Made by a program: the position numbers and the translations under genes. 64,000 nucleotides of DNA from Gammaproteobacteria bacterium. GTDB taxonomy: Bacteria > Pseudomonadota > Gammaproteobacteria > Eutrophobiales > Eutrophobiaceae. Below the pieces are notes generated by a model. The model was given only the letters and a program-made list of their open reading frames with translations. It was not told where the DNA came from and made no database searches. The DNA lies in the NCBI GenBank assembly GCA_965116495.1, contig OZ220696.1:3904001-3968000 (forward strand). Direction: 5' to 3'. Shown one piece after another: positions 40,751 through 50,314 of the stretch; within the stretch, counting starts at the first letter, position 1; each line of letters starts with the position of its first letter.

Positions 40751-41545
40751 ATGCATATTGATCTGAGTGATAAGCGTGCGCTGGTTACTGGAGGAGCTTC
40801 AGGTATTGGCGCTGCGATTGCCGAAGTATTTGCTGACTCGGGGGCACATGTCGCCGTTCATGCCCGTACCCTTGCGAAAGCGGAAGCAACTGTAGAACAG
40901 ATTAAGGCGGGTGGCGGGCAGGCCTTTGCTGTTGAAGCCGACCTGACCGACCCGGCGGCTATCGAAGCCATGTGTGATGCCGGGGTCAAGGGACTCGGCG
41001 GCATCGACATCGTCATGAATAATGCCGGCCTGTATATCCCGGAAGCAATGGTGGAAAGTGACATCGATACCTGGCGCAGGACCATGGCGGTCAACCTGGA
41101 AGCGCCGCAACTCATCACCAGGATTACGCTTCAAACCATGATCGAACAGGGCACGGGGGGAAGGCAGTTATATGTCTCGTCGGTAAGCGCAATCATGGCG
41201 GAAGTGCTGGGTAGCCCTTATTGCGCTTCCAAGGCAGGGCTGAATGCCCTGGTCCGATGCCTGGCCGTAGAAGTCGGCCAATACGGCATAACCGCAAACA
41301 GCATCAACCCCGGCTGGGTGGATACGCCTATGGCGAGGAAGGCGTTTGAGGATATGAAGGAAGAAGGGCAGACGCTTGAAGAGATAATTGAAGAGAGTAT
41401 GAGTGATAATACCCTTGGTGTTGTCATCAAGCCGGCGGATATTGCCGCCATGGCGGCCTATCTCGCCAGTGAGCATGGTCGTTGTATTACCGGGCAGGAT
41501 ATCAATATCTGCGCCGGCTTGAGCCTCGTACGCTACGGAGACTGA
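40751..41545 (+). CDS. SDR oxidoreductase
   Basis: TGGASGIG, NNAG, YCASK, PGWVDT. Confidence 0.9.
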   Translation: MHIDLSDKRALVTGGASGIGAAIAEVFADSGAHVAVHARTLAKAEATVEQIKAGGGQAFAVEADLTDPAAIEAMCDAGVKGLGGIDIVMNNAGLYIPEAMVESDIDTWRRTMAVNLEAPQLITRITLQTMIEQGTGGRQLYVSSVSAIMAEVLGSPYCASKAGLNALVRCLAVEVGQYGITANSINPGWVDTPMARKAFEDMKEEGQTLEEIIEESMSDNTLGVVIKPADIAAMAAYLASEHGRCITGQDINICAGLSLVRYGD

Positions 41546-41560
41546 TTACAACGTATAGTT

Positions 41561-41673
41561 GGGGTCAGAGTAAAATCTTGAAGAACATTGCCGGTGGCAG
41601 GGTCAAGGGTGATTTTACTCTGACCTCGAGTATTATCCCCTGTTCGTCATTCCGGGCTTGACCCGGAATGACG
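41561..41673. repeat. Two adjacent REP-like hairpins
   Basis: GGGGTCAGAGTAAAATC/GATTTTACTCTGACCTC (41561-41627) and CGTCATTCCGGG/CCCGGAATGACG (41645-41673) between convergent genes. Confidence 0.7.
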
Positions 41674-41714
41674 ACATAAACAGTGCGACGCTATTTATGT
41701 CGTTATGTATAGAA

Positions 41715-42860
41715 TCAAACAGCGTCCTTCAGACGCCTGGCCAGGTAACGCTGAAAATAAAAGAGGCAGGCTTCCTTGACGCTGAGGGGACCTGCTTCAG
41801 CGTAGCGTGAGCCGATGGTTCTTTGCAGCCGCCAGGTGGCCTGGTAATCCTCCGGGTTGAGCACCTCGAAAAATTCCCTGTTGTAGCGGCTTAACTCGTC
41901 ATTCAGTTCTTCTTCAGGTACCAGGGCGCCCATCATTACGCGGGTACGGTCGATGCTGAGGGGCAGGATCCGTTTCCAGAAGACAATCCCCGGGGATGCA
42001 TCGACGGTGCTTGACGGATAAATTACATAGGTCAGCGTCTCTTCCCTGTCCCGTGGTTCGATGTCTGCGCTCCAGCGCTCCATCAGGTCGGCGTAGATCG
42101 GCGCTTCGGCGCGTACCAGGTCCAGCATCAGTGGGGTACGCAACAGGCTCCAGTCCTGCTCATCCTCGCCGCAGTGCGAGTCGTCGCCAGGCATCCACGG
42201 CTGCAGGGTCTCCGGGTGCAGGGTACGGTGATGGTGCGCCTCGGCGTTGTTTTCCATGGTCAGCTTCCAGTTCCCCTCCCATATTTCGTCGTACATCGAG
42301 GAAATCCGCATCCTGTCGATGTGGTAAGGAGCCAGCCGCTCACCCAGTTCCTGCAACCGCGGCGCCAGGGGTTCTGCGTCGGGGTCGAGATTGACAAAAA
42401 TGAAACCGAGCCAGGTTTCCAGCTTGAATTCCGGCAGTCGGCAGTTGTCCTTATCCAGGATACGGCTTTCACTCATGTTGGTTGCGCCCATCAACCTGCC
42501 GTCAAGCTGGTAGGTCCAGCCGTGGTAGGGGCAGGACAACCGCCCTGCGCTCCCTTGCCCCATGACAACCTGCATATAGCGGTGGCGGCAGACGTTGGAG
42601 AGCACCCGCAGCCTGTTATCGGTCCCGCGTACCACGACCAGCGGTTCGCCGGCCAGTTCGATGGTGAAGTAATCCCCCGGGTTCTCAGCTTCTTCTTCGC
42701 GTCCGACGCAGATCCAGTCGCGGCGGAACAGGTGTTCGAGTTCGAGTTCGTAGAACTCTTCGGACAGGTATGCCTGCGGCGGCAGGCCCCGGGCTTCCTC
42801 AAGGGGAGTGGAGAGCGACTTTATCAGCGTGTCGATTAACACTCGGGTTGCAGCTTGCAT
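41715..42860 (-). CDS. Rieske non-heme iron oxygenase alpha subunit (choline monooxygenase/GbcA/CntA-like group)
   Basis: CRH...CPYHGW Rieske motif, NWKL..EN..EAHH..LH, ED iron ligands. Confidence 0.88.
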   Translation of the reverse strand: MQAATRVLIDTLIKSLSTPLEEARGLPPQAYLSEEFYELELEHLFRRDWICVGREEEAENPGDYFTIELAGEPLVVVRGTDNRLRVLSNVCRHRYMQVVMGQGSAGRLSCPYHGWTYQLDGRLMGATNMSESRILDKDNCRLPEFKLETWLGFIFVNLDPDAEPLAPRLQELGERLAPYHIDRMRISSMYDEIWEGNWKLTMENNAEAHHHRTLHPETLQPWMPGDDSHCGEDEQDWSLLRTPLMLDLVRAEAPIYADLMERWSADIEPRDREETLTYVIYPSSTVDASPGIVFWKRILPLSIDRTRVMMGALVPEEELNDELSRYNREFFEVLNPEDYQATWRLQRTIGSRYAEAGPLSVKEACLFYFQRYLARRLKDAV

Positions 42861-42904
42861 TTCAACCAGTATCCCGGTTCAGGACTACACAGTTCCGGAG
42901 CGCC

Positions 42905-43249
42905 TTAACGCCATTCCACCGGTTTATCCGATACCAGCATGGTGATGTCTTCAAAGTCATCGCTCATTTCGAAATCGATAGTAGTCCCTTCTTCAACATA
43001 CAGGATGTCGCCTACGCCTATCGAAAAGTTCTCACCTCCATGGACATTGACTTTGGCGGAACCCTTGAGTACGAAGGCAAATTCGTCAAAGGGGTAGGTA
43101 AAGGTGTGTTTTCCGGCTTCCTTGAAAGCAACGACTGCCCGTGTCTTGTCGGCTGACCGGTAGAAAACATGTTCCCCGCCGCCGAATTCCGGTGTCAGTT
43201 CCCAATCAACGTCTTTCATGTTAAAGCGTAAGGCTTTTGGTGTGTTCAT
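42905..43249 (-). CDS. Cupin (EutQ/DUF861-like)
   Basis: YPFDEFAFVLKG...GDILYVEEG. Confidence 0.75.
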   Translation of the reverse strand: MNTPKALRFNMKDVDWELTPEFGGGEHVFYRSADKTRAVVAFKEAGKHTFTYPFDEFAFVLKGSAKVNVHGGENFSIGVGDILYVEEGTTIDFEMSDDFEDITMLVSDKPVEWR

Positions 43250-43260
43250 GCTTCACTCCC

Positions 43261-43387
43261 ATTTTAACTTGTCTTTTTTTCATCATGCTTCGTTGGGTTT
43301 CCTCATTCGGTCGGTCATGTACATAAGTACACTCCCTCCCTCTCTCGTCGCCCGCCTCGCCTGATGAAAAAAATCCTGCGTTAAAAT
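43261..43387. mobile_element. MITE-like palindromic dispersed repeat
   Basis: Imperfect terminal IR ATTTTAAC..TTTTTTTCATCA / TGATGAAAAAAA..GTTAAAAT; internal TGTAC..GTACA stem; deleted copy at 3142-3209. Confidence 0.65.
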
Positions 43388-43410
43388 TCTCAAAATAAAT
43401 CGGTAACAAT

Positions 43411-45369
43411 CTATGTATTTATTATTTCCATAACCTGTAGCGCCGCGCGCTCCCCATGTTCAACTGCGCCAAACCACTCCTGGATGCCCTTGTGTTCCGA
43501 GTGACCAAAGGCAATACGCCCGAATGGCCTGGTAATAACCTGCTGCAGGGCCGGCTTGCCATCGTTACCATGGAATAATCCCGGGACTGCAGCGACATAG
43601 GAGTGGCCCCAGCGGTTCACGATAATGCCGGCGATATCTTTTTCATCATCGAAACCCAGCGGGCCAAACATGGTGGTCAACTGTCGGCGCACCGACGCTT
43701 CGATATCGGCATAGCTTTTTGACATCAGTTCCCATCTTATTGCCGCCGCTTGTTCCTTTGCAGGTAATCCCGGTTTGGTAAACCCGGCATAAAAGGTCAG
43801 GACAACCGGTTTTTCGGGGTTGAGCGGGGGCTGGTTGTCACCAAAAACCAACGGCCGCCTGATATTGCAGAATCCGCCAAGGCCATTGTCCGTGAAGAAA
43901 TGACAGGCACTCACCCCTAATTTTGCCATTGGCTTCCAGTTCCTGAGCGCTACATTGATGATCATGTTGGAACCATAAACCATTTGACCGAAAGCATCTT
44001 CATATGCGCCGGGCAGGTCCTGGATAATATGCTTGTTTACCCAGCCGCCAATAGCAGACACGGCGCCTTTGGCCCTGACACGATAGACTTTGCCATCCTG
44101 TTGATAATAGACCGTAACACTCTCTGCCCTGGCCGGGTCACCATCATGCTCGACACGAACAGCTGTAGCGTTTAAACGGATTCTCACCGGGTTGCCCGGG
44201 TTATCAAAATTATCAAACCGATATGCCGAATCATGAATCTCTGCAAAGCGCGTCCCCCCTGAAATCGCGTTCGGCAACACCTTCTTCAGCATGAGACGAT
44301 AGATCGCATCGTTGCCTCCGGGGAACGAGAAAATGCCGGCAACCTCCTTGTCATCAGAAGGCACCCGGTACAGTGATTTGTCACCGAAGCCTTTATCAAA
44401 CCCCGGTAATGCAGACATCATTGCGTAGCGAGCGGAAATTGCATCGCAACCCATCCCCGAGGTGGTAGAGAGGGTTATGGACAGCAGTTTGATTACACGG
44501 GGTTGAATCTGGAGGACGTCTTCCAGATATTCCCGGTAGGTGATACTGTCCAGCCACTGCGACCAGTCGTCTCCGGCTTTATTGACGCCGGTTCCCTCAC
44601 GCAGGCGCTTCAGGTCCGCTTTCTCAGCCGCTGAAAAAGCCGTGTTTGCATAAGCATTCTGACTTGAATCCCTGTCCCAGTAGGATTCCTCCAGACCGAA
44701 GGTCTCGTCGTCAAAGAAGTAACCCGCGCTAGCCGCCTGTTCGGCAATGCCCAGCATAGGCAGGTAATTTGTCGGAGATAATCTCAGATCACCCTTGTAG
44801 CCTTCCAGGGTCTGGAATTCCGGGTGGCGCGGGATTTCCAAATCATTAAACAACTCGTCATACCAGTCACCCTTGACAGCGGGAACCACGGTAAGGTTCG
44901 ACCCTTGCGGACCGGTGATTTTATAGCCGTCGACGATAAATTCGTTACGCTTTGCTTCGCCGCCCGGAAGGGCGTGGTTTTCCAGGATAAGGCACGTTTG
45001 TCCCGGCCTGGATTCCTTCAGGAATGTGCGGGCGGCCGACAAGCCGGCGAAACCACCGCCGATGATGACAAGATCGTATGCTTCTCCGGTGTCGACCGCA
45101 CCACGCAGTATCCCGTCAATTTGTTTGTCACGTATCAGGTGGGCGGCGCTGGTGGTATTGTCAGTGTTGCCGTTTGCGCGGGCGTAATCGCCGACACCGG
45201 CATAGCCGTCCCAGGGGTGAACCGTTTCCGCGTGATGTTGTGCTGCTGTATCGCCCGGCCTGGCTGTGGCCGTATTGGGCGCCGGCATGCTCAACAGCAT
45301 GGCGCCGGAACCGATCAGCGTTCCTTTGACGAAGTCACGGCGGGTAATATCGCTGTCATATTTCCTCAT
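43411..45369 (-). CDS. Tat-exported FAD-dependent amine dehydrogenase (spermidine dehydrogenase SpdH-like)
   Basis: TRRDFVKG Tat motif, IIGGGFAGL, GGEAKRNEF, FPGGN, DIAGIIVNRWGHSY. Confidence 0.8.
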   Translation of the reverse strand: MRKYDSDITRRDFVKGTLIGSGAMLLSMPAPNTATARPGDTAAQHHAETVHPWDGYAGVGDYARANGNTDNTTSAAHLIRDKQIDGILRGAVDTGEAYDLVIIGGGFAGLSAARTFLKESRPGQTCLILENHALPGGEAKRNEFIVDGYKITGPQGSNLTVVPAVKGDWYDELFNDLEIPRHPEFQTLEGYKGDLRLSPTNYLPMLGIAEQAASAGYFFDDETFGLEESYWDRDSSQNAYANTAFSAAEKADLKRLREGTGVNKAGDDWSQWLDSITYREYLEDVLQIQPRVIKLLSITLSTTSGMGCDAISARYAMMSALPGFDKGFGDKSLYRVPSDDKEVAGIFSFPGGNDAIYRLMLKKVLPNAISGGTRFAEIHDSAYRFDNFDNPGNPVRIRLNATAVRVEHDGDPARAESVTVYYQQDGKVYRVRAKGAVSAIGGWVNKHIIQDLPGAYEDAFGQMVYGSNMIINVALRNWKPMAKLGVSACHFFTDNGLGGFCNIRRPLVFGDNQPPLNPEKPVVLTFYAGFTKPGLPAKEQAAAIRWELMSKSYADIEASVRRQLTTMFGPLGFDDEKDIAGIIVNRWGHSYVAAVPGLFHGNDGKPALQQVITRPFGRIAFGHSEHKGIQEWFGAVEHGERAALQVMEIINT

Positions 45370-45548
45370 CTGCAACCACCTGTATGAACTACTGCATGAT
45401 AATCATTAACTGAAGTAAGCGGCAATAAAAAAAGCCATGACACACTCCTTGTGCCATGGCTTTTTTGCTGTGTAACTTCCGGGGGCAGAATTAATCCTGT
45501 CCCCGGCAACGTGCAATATACCAATTCCCGTCTGTCACTGATATGTCA

Positions 45549-47708
45549 TCAGAAGCTATATCCGATGCTTCCACCAACCCAACGTTTAGGGGCAAAAACG
45601 TCCTCTCCGGAACCAAAGAACAGGCTTGCGTCAACCCCGAAGGTTCGATACTCTTCATCGGTCAGGTTATTAACAAAAATGGCCGCGCTCCAGGCCTCAT
45701 CACCGCTCGTGAAATCCAGTCTGGCGTTTACTATGCCATAAGAACTTTCAGTGACAATTTCGGATTCAGATAAATTAAATTTTTGGTCATCAGTCCAACG
45801 AAAATCCCCTTGCAGCGCCAGTTGCCCACCAAAAGCAGACCACGAATAACGCACCAGGCCATTAAAAGTAACGTCAGGCGCTAATGGCGCTTTTTCTTTT
45901 CCGGTTGGGTAAGTTTGGGCAGGAGCGAAAGTGACAGGGTCCAAGGAATTAAAATCGGTAGGCAGGCCGGTTATCTCGGTGTCACTGAAAGATGCCCCCA
46001 GCAGAATATCCAGTCCCTCAACAGGATTCGCGACCAACTCAATCTCACCACCGTAGAATTCTGCTTCTGCATTGAACAGTAGTGCATTAAAGAAAGGATC
46101 GATGTTATAGGCTTGATAATCATCATAGTCATAATAATAAACCGATACATTCAGACGCGTGGTATCGCTTAAACTTGCTTTAAATCCTGCTTCGTACGAG
46201 GTGAGTACTTCACCACTGTAAGGTAAAACATCGCCGCTGACCGGCGTCAGTGGAAAATTAAAACCGCCGGACTTGATGCCCCGGTTCCAACCTGCATACA
46301 ACAACCAGTCATCATTCAGGTTATAGTCAAGCTGTACCTTTGCGTTAAAGTCGTCTTCATTAAGTGAGCCTGTGTAAGTCGGGAACCCGAAGTCAGGCGC
46401 AGTTAACGTATAGTCCTTATCGTCATCGTTGTAGCGCACACCGAGTATCAGGGCAAGTTGATCAGTAAGATCAAATTCTGTTTGCCCGAAAATCGCATAG
46501 GTTGTCGTGCTCTGAACGGCGAACTCATCGAAAATATCAGGACCAAAATAAAACAGCCCGGATTGCTCGGTGGAAAAATCGCCATCAATGTCTAAATAGT
46601 ACACACCAATGACAGAACGATGTCGTTCACCTTCCCAACTCAAACGAAGTTCCTGGGAAATTTGTTCAATATCAGCAGTCTGGGTGTAGTGGTAAACGCT
46701 GTCGGGTGTTGAGTCTGAATCTTCAGCGTAATCATGTTCAATATCCTGGTAATCAGTGATAGAGGTCACTGTAAAGCCACCAAGGTCCCAGCTGATTTTG
46801 CCATACAAATTGATGACTTCAGTCTTTTGATAAAAGTCGAAATCATTGGAAATGGTGTAAGGATTACCGTCTATTTCATCTACATAACCAAAAAAATCAG
46901 TTGCGTTATATGACGGCACATTTAACGTCCACCCATTTGGCGCAGCGTCTTCGTCCGCATATTGCGCTTTCAACAAGATGCTTAGCTCTTCAGAGGGTTC
47001 AATCAACAATTGTCCCCGCACCGCCCAATCATCAGCTTGCTGCGCATCGGTGCCAATGTCATTATCGAGGAGACCATCATCCTCGTTATAGACCATCGAC
47101 AGGCGACCCGAAACCTGGTCGGTCAGACCGCCACCTGCAGCAGCTTCAACCCGTCTACGTCCTTCTTCACCCAGGGTCACATCAACAAACCCCCCAAATT
47201 CCTGTGATGGTTTGGTGGTGATGTAATGTACCAACCCCCCCGTGGAGTTGCGCCCGAACAAGGTGCCCTGGGGGCCGCGTAAAACCTCTGCACGCTCGAC
47301 ATCGAACATGCTGAAGCGCGTAGTGACGTTAGAACTCTGGTAGGCCTCATCTATATATAAGGCAACCGGCGCTTCCTGATTCGCCGTGTAATCGTTTTGA
47401 CCAACACCACGAACGTTAAATGAGGCGATCGCACCGCCGCCATAACCGGATACTTCAAGGCCGGGAGTTTGCGCAATCAAATCATTGGATTCAACGAAAC
47501 CCAGCTTTCTCATTTGCGCACCACTGAAAGCCGTTACCGAAACACCGATGTCCTGCAGGTTCTGTTCACGTTTTTGTGCCGTGACTACGACTTCTTCCAG
47601 TACCGCGGCAAATAAAGTGCCTGATGCAAAAACAAGTACAAAAGCCGCTGAAATACAGGTGAACAAGCTTGACCGTAGAGGGACCAGTAATTCACGAGGA
47701 TTATTCAT
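45549..47708 (-). CDS. TonB-dependent receptor
   Basis: EEVVVTAQKREQNLQD, ERAEVLRGPQGTLFG, C-terminal YSF. Confidence 0.92.
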   Translation of the reverse strand: MNNPRELLVPLRSSLFTCISAAFVLVFASGTLFAAVLEEVVVTAQKREQNLQDIGVSVTAFSGAQMRKLGFVESNDLIAQTPGLEVSGYGGGAIASFNVRGVGQNDYTANQEAPVALYIDEAYQSSNVTTRFSMFDVERAEVLRGPQGTLFGRNSTGGLVHYITTKPSQEFGGFVDVTLGEEGRRRVEAAAGGGLTDQVSGRLSMVYNEDDGLLDNDIGTDAQQADDWAVRGQLLIEPSEELSILLKAQYADEDAAPNGWTLNVPSYNATDFFGYVDEIDGNPYTISNDFDFYQKTEVINLYGKISWDLGGFTVTSITDYQDIEHDYAEDSDSTPDSVYHYTQTADIEQISQELRLSWEGERHRSVIGVYYLDIDGDFSTEQSGLFYFGPDIFDEFAVQSTTTYAIFGQTEFDLTDQLALILGVRYNDDDKDYTLTAPDFGFPTYTGSLNEDDFNAKVQLDYNLNDDWLLYAGWNRGIKSGGFNFPLTPVSGDVLPYSGEVLTSYEAGFKASLSDTTRLNVSVYYYDYDDYQAYNIDPFFNALLFNAEAEFYGGEIELVANPVEGLDILLGASFSDTEITGLPTDFNSLDPVTFAPAQTYPTGKEKAPLAPDVTFNGLVRYSWSAFGGQLALQGDFRWTDDQKFNLSESEIVTESSYGIVNARLDFTSGDEAWSAAIFVNNLTDEEYRTFGVDASLFFGSGEDVFAPKRWVGGSIGYSF

Positions 47709-48020
47709 TAAATTCTCTCCGGGTGATATGTAAGTTAAAGCCAAAATATTGATATTGCAGTCACTCAACAAAATATTCAGCGAGTATAGGCCAGAGTATA
47801 GTTTATTTCAACAATTGTTTAAAATTGATAAGTCATTAATATACAATGTATTAAACAATTTTAAATTAGAATTATCAAAAAACAGGATTTAACGATGGGA
47901 TTAATAATAGGCCAGCGGCTTATAGTTTTTACGCGTGAATGTTAAAAGGGAACGCGTAACGCCACATTTGTCGGTAATTTACTTGTCCTGAAGCCATAAA
48001 AAACCACCCGGGATAGCAGG

Positions 48021-50114
48021 ATGAAAACCATTCTCGTAACAATCATCGCATTCATGGTTACATTTCAAAAACCGGCTTTTGCTCTCGATACTGATCTGCC
48101 CGGTTATACCTATGAGCAGGCGCAACTGGGCAGGGCAGTCTATAAACAATCCTGTGAGTTGTGTCACGGGGCAAATTTAAATGATGGTTCGTCACCACCG
48201 ATTACCGGTGACCTTTTCTATAGTATATGGGGTGGACGTTCTGCAGGAGAGTTACTGCAGTATATTGAAACAGAGATGCCGACCGGTTCACCGGGAACAC
48301 TTGACAGTAAACAATACCGGCAAGTTCTGGCTTATATGTTCCAGGTGAGCGGTTTTCCTGCGAGGGATGGTGAACTGTCACAAAATCCGGATGAGTATGA
48401 TACTGCGCGTTTACCGATACCGTCCGGAGGCCGGATTTCTGCAGATATTGTCGCCATACCACCGCCACCCGATCCACGGGCGAACCCGCTTGATAAAATC
48501 ACAAGGGTAAGCAGTCAAACATTGGCGCAAGCGCCCGCCGGGGACTGGTTAATGTGGCGTCGAACATACGACGCAAAGGGCTTCAGTCCATTAAAAAATA
48601 TCAGCGCGAAAAATGTGACGGACCTGAAGGTGGCATGGGCATGGACAATGCCCGATGGCAGGAACATTTCAACACCATTAGTCCATGATGGGGTTATGTT
48701 CATGTATGGTGCGGGCAGCCTCGTGTATGCGTTTGATGCTGTTACGGGGGATATTCTTTGGCGTTATGAGAGGGAGAAGAAGTGGCACTCTCCACGTTCT
48801 TTTGGTCCGCGCGCCATATCAATTTATAACGACAAAATCATTCTGACCACCGATGACGGAAATATCGTCGCACTCAACGTAAAGACCGGCAAAGTCGAAT
48901 GGGATAAATCCGTATTAAGTGCTACCACCCTTTGGTTTTCCGCGGGTACCCTGGTTGCCGATGAAAAAATTCTCATCGGCACGGCTACTGCCAGCGCACC
49001 CGGCATGAACTTTATCGCAGCGTTTGATGTACATACCGGTGATGAATTATGGCGCTTCCATACCATCCCACAGGATGGACAGCAGGGTAGTGATAGCTGG
49101 AATGGGGTTGCAACAGGGCAACGCCAGGGTGCGGGCGTCTGGGTACCAGGTAGCTATGATCCGGAATCAAATCTGGTTTTCTTTGGTACCGGTAATACTT
49201 ACAGGCCACAACTTTTGAGAATATTGGCCGAAGGCGCCGCAAGCAATGATGGGCTTTACACCAATTCCACACTCGCGCTTGATATAGATAGCGGAAAACT
49301 GAAATGGCATTTCCAACATCTACCGAATGATCAATGGAATTATGATTGGGCCTTTGAACGAACAGTTGTGGTCTTACCTGTCAACGGAGTTCACAAAAAA
49401 GTGGTCATTACAGGCGGTAAGCAAGCCATTTTTGAAGCCTTGCAGGTTAGTAATGGTGAGTATCATTTCTCGATAGATACAGGTTTGCAAACTGTGATCA
49501 AGGCAATAGAGCCACTGACGGGCACTAAAAGAATAGCTGCGAATGTATTACCTGAAAAAAATCAAACGCGTTTTGTCTGCCCCGATTCCCTGGGGGCCAG
49601 GAACTGGCAGCCAACATCATTCAACAGTGAAACAAATACACTCTTCACGCCATATAGAGAGTCGTGCATGAAAATACGATCGCCATTATTACCCGGTGAT
49701 ACTCCGCACGGACTTTTTGGCCAGAAACCTTATCCGGCACCGGGTAGCGACGGTAACTTTGCCGGCCTGCGGGCTATAAACCTGGAAAGCCAGGAAATAT
49801 TGTGGTCAACCCGTAAACGGGCAGAGCTGAGTACCGGCGTATTGGCGACCGCGGGAGGGTTGATATTCTCGGGTTCGCGGGACCGGGTATTTTCTGCCTA
49901 TGATCAATCTGGTGGTACAGAATTATGGCAAGTTCGTCTCAATGGAGTTCCCAGCGGTGGCCCCATCAGTTTTATGGTAGAAGGTAAACAGTACATCGCG
50001 GTTACTACCGGTGACTCTGAAGGTTTCGGTGAATACAATTTGGGTGAAGGAGATCAAAATCCAAAAAAGAGCAGTGCAACTATTTGGGTATTTGAGTTAC
50101 GTGATTCCAGTTAG
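48021..50114 (+). CDS. PQQ-type beta-propeller dehydrogenase with N-terminal cytochrome c
   Basis: Signal peptide, CELCH heme motif, W-motif propeller repeats, GARNWQP, KQYIAV. Confidence 0.85.
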   Translation: MKTILVTIIAFMVTFQKPAFALDTDLPGYTYEQAQLGRAVYKQSCELCHGANLNDGSSPPITGDLFYSIWGGRSAGELLQYIETEMPTGSPGTLDSKQYRQVLAYMFQVSGFPARDGELSQNPDEYDTARLPIPSGGRISADIVAIPPPPDPRANPLDKITRVSSQTLAQAPAGDWLMWRRTYDAKGFSPLKNISAKNVTDLKVAWAWTMPDGRNISTPLVHDGVMFMYGAGSLVYAFDAVTGDILWRYEREKKWHSPRSFGPRAISIYNDKIILTTDDGNIVALNVKTGKVEWDKSVLSATTLWFSAGTLVADEKILIGTATASAPGMNFIAAFDVHTGDELWRFHTIPQDGQQGSDSWNGVATGQRQGAGVWVPGSYDPESNLVFFGTGNTYRPQLLRILAEGAASNDGLYTNSTLALDIDSGKLKWHFQHLPNDQWNYDWAFERTVVVLPVNGVHKKVVITGGKQAIFEALQVSNGEYHFSIDTGLQTVIKAIEPLTGTKRIAANVLPEKNQTRFVCPDSLGARNWQPTSFNSETNTLFTPYRESCMKIRSPLLPGDTPHGLFGQKPYPAPGSDGNFAGLRAINLESQEILWSTRKRAELSTGVLATAGGLIFSGSRDRVFSAYDQSGGTELWQVRLNGVPSGGPISFMVEGKQYIAVTTGDSEGFGEYNLGEGDQNPKKSSATIWVFELRDSS

Positions 50115-50314
50115 GAAATGATCTGTACAACTGTGTTAGTAAATATTAGGCCAACACATAGTATTTTACGAAAAAATTTACTAATTATATAACTATATGA
50201 TAAACATATAATAAATAAAAATATTAATAAGATTATATAACTCATAATATTAATATTTTGACTAATAATAGGCCATTATATTATAATAAGAACTTGTTGA
50301 ACAGGAGAAAGCCA

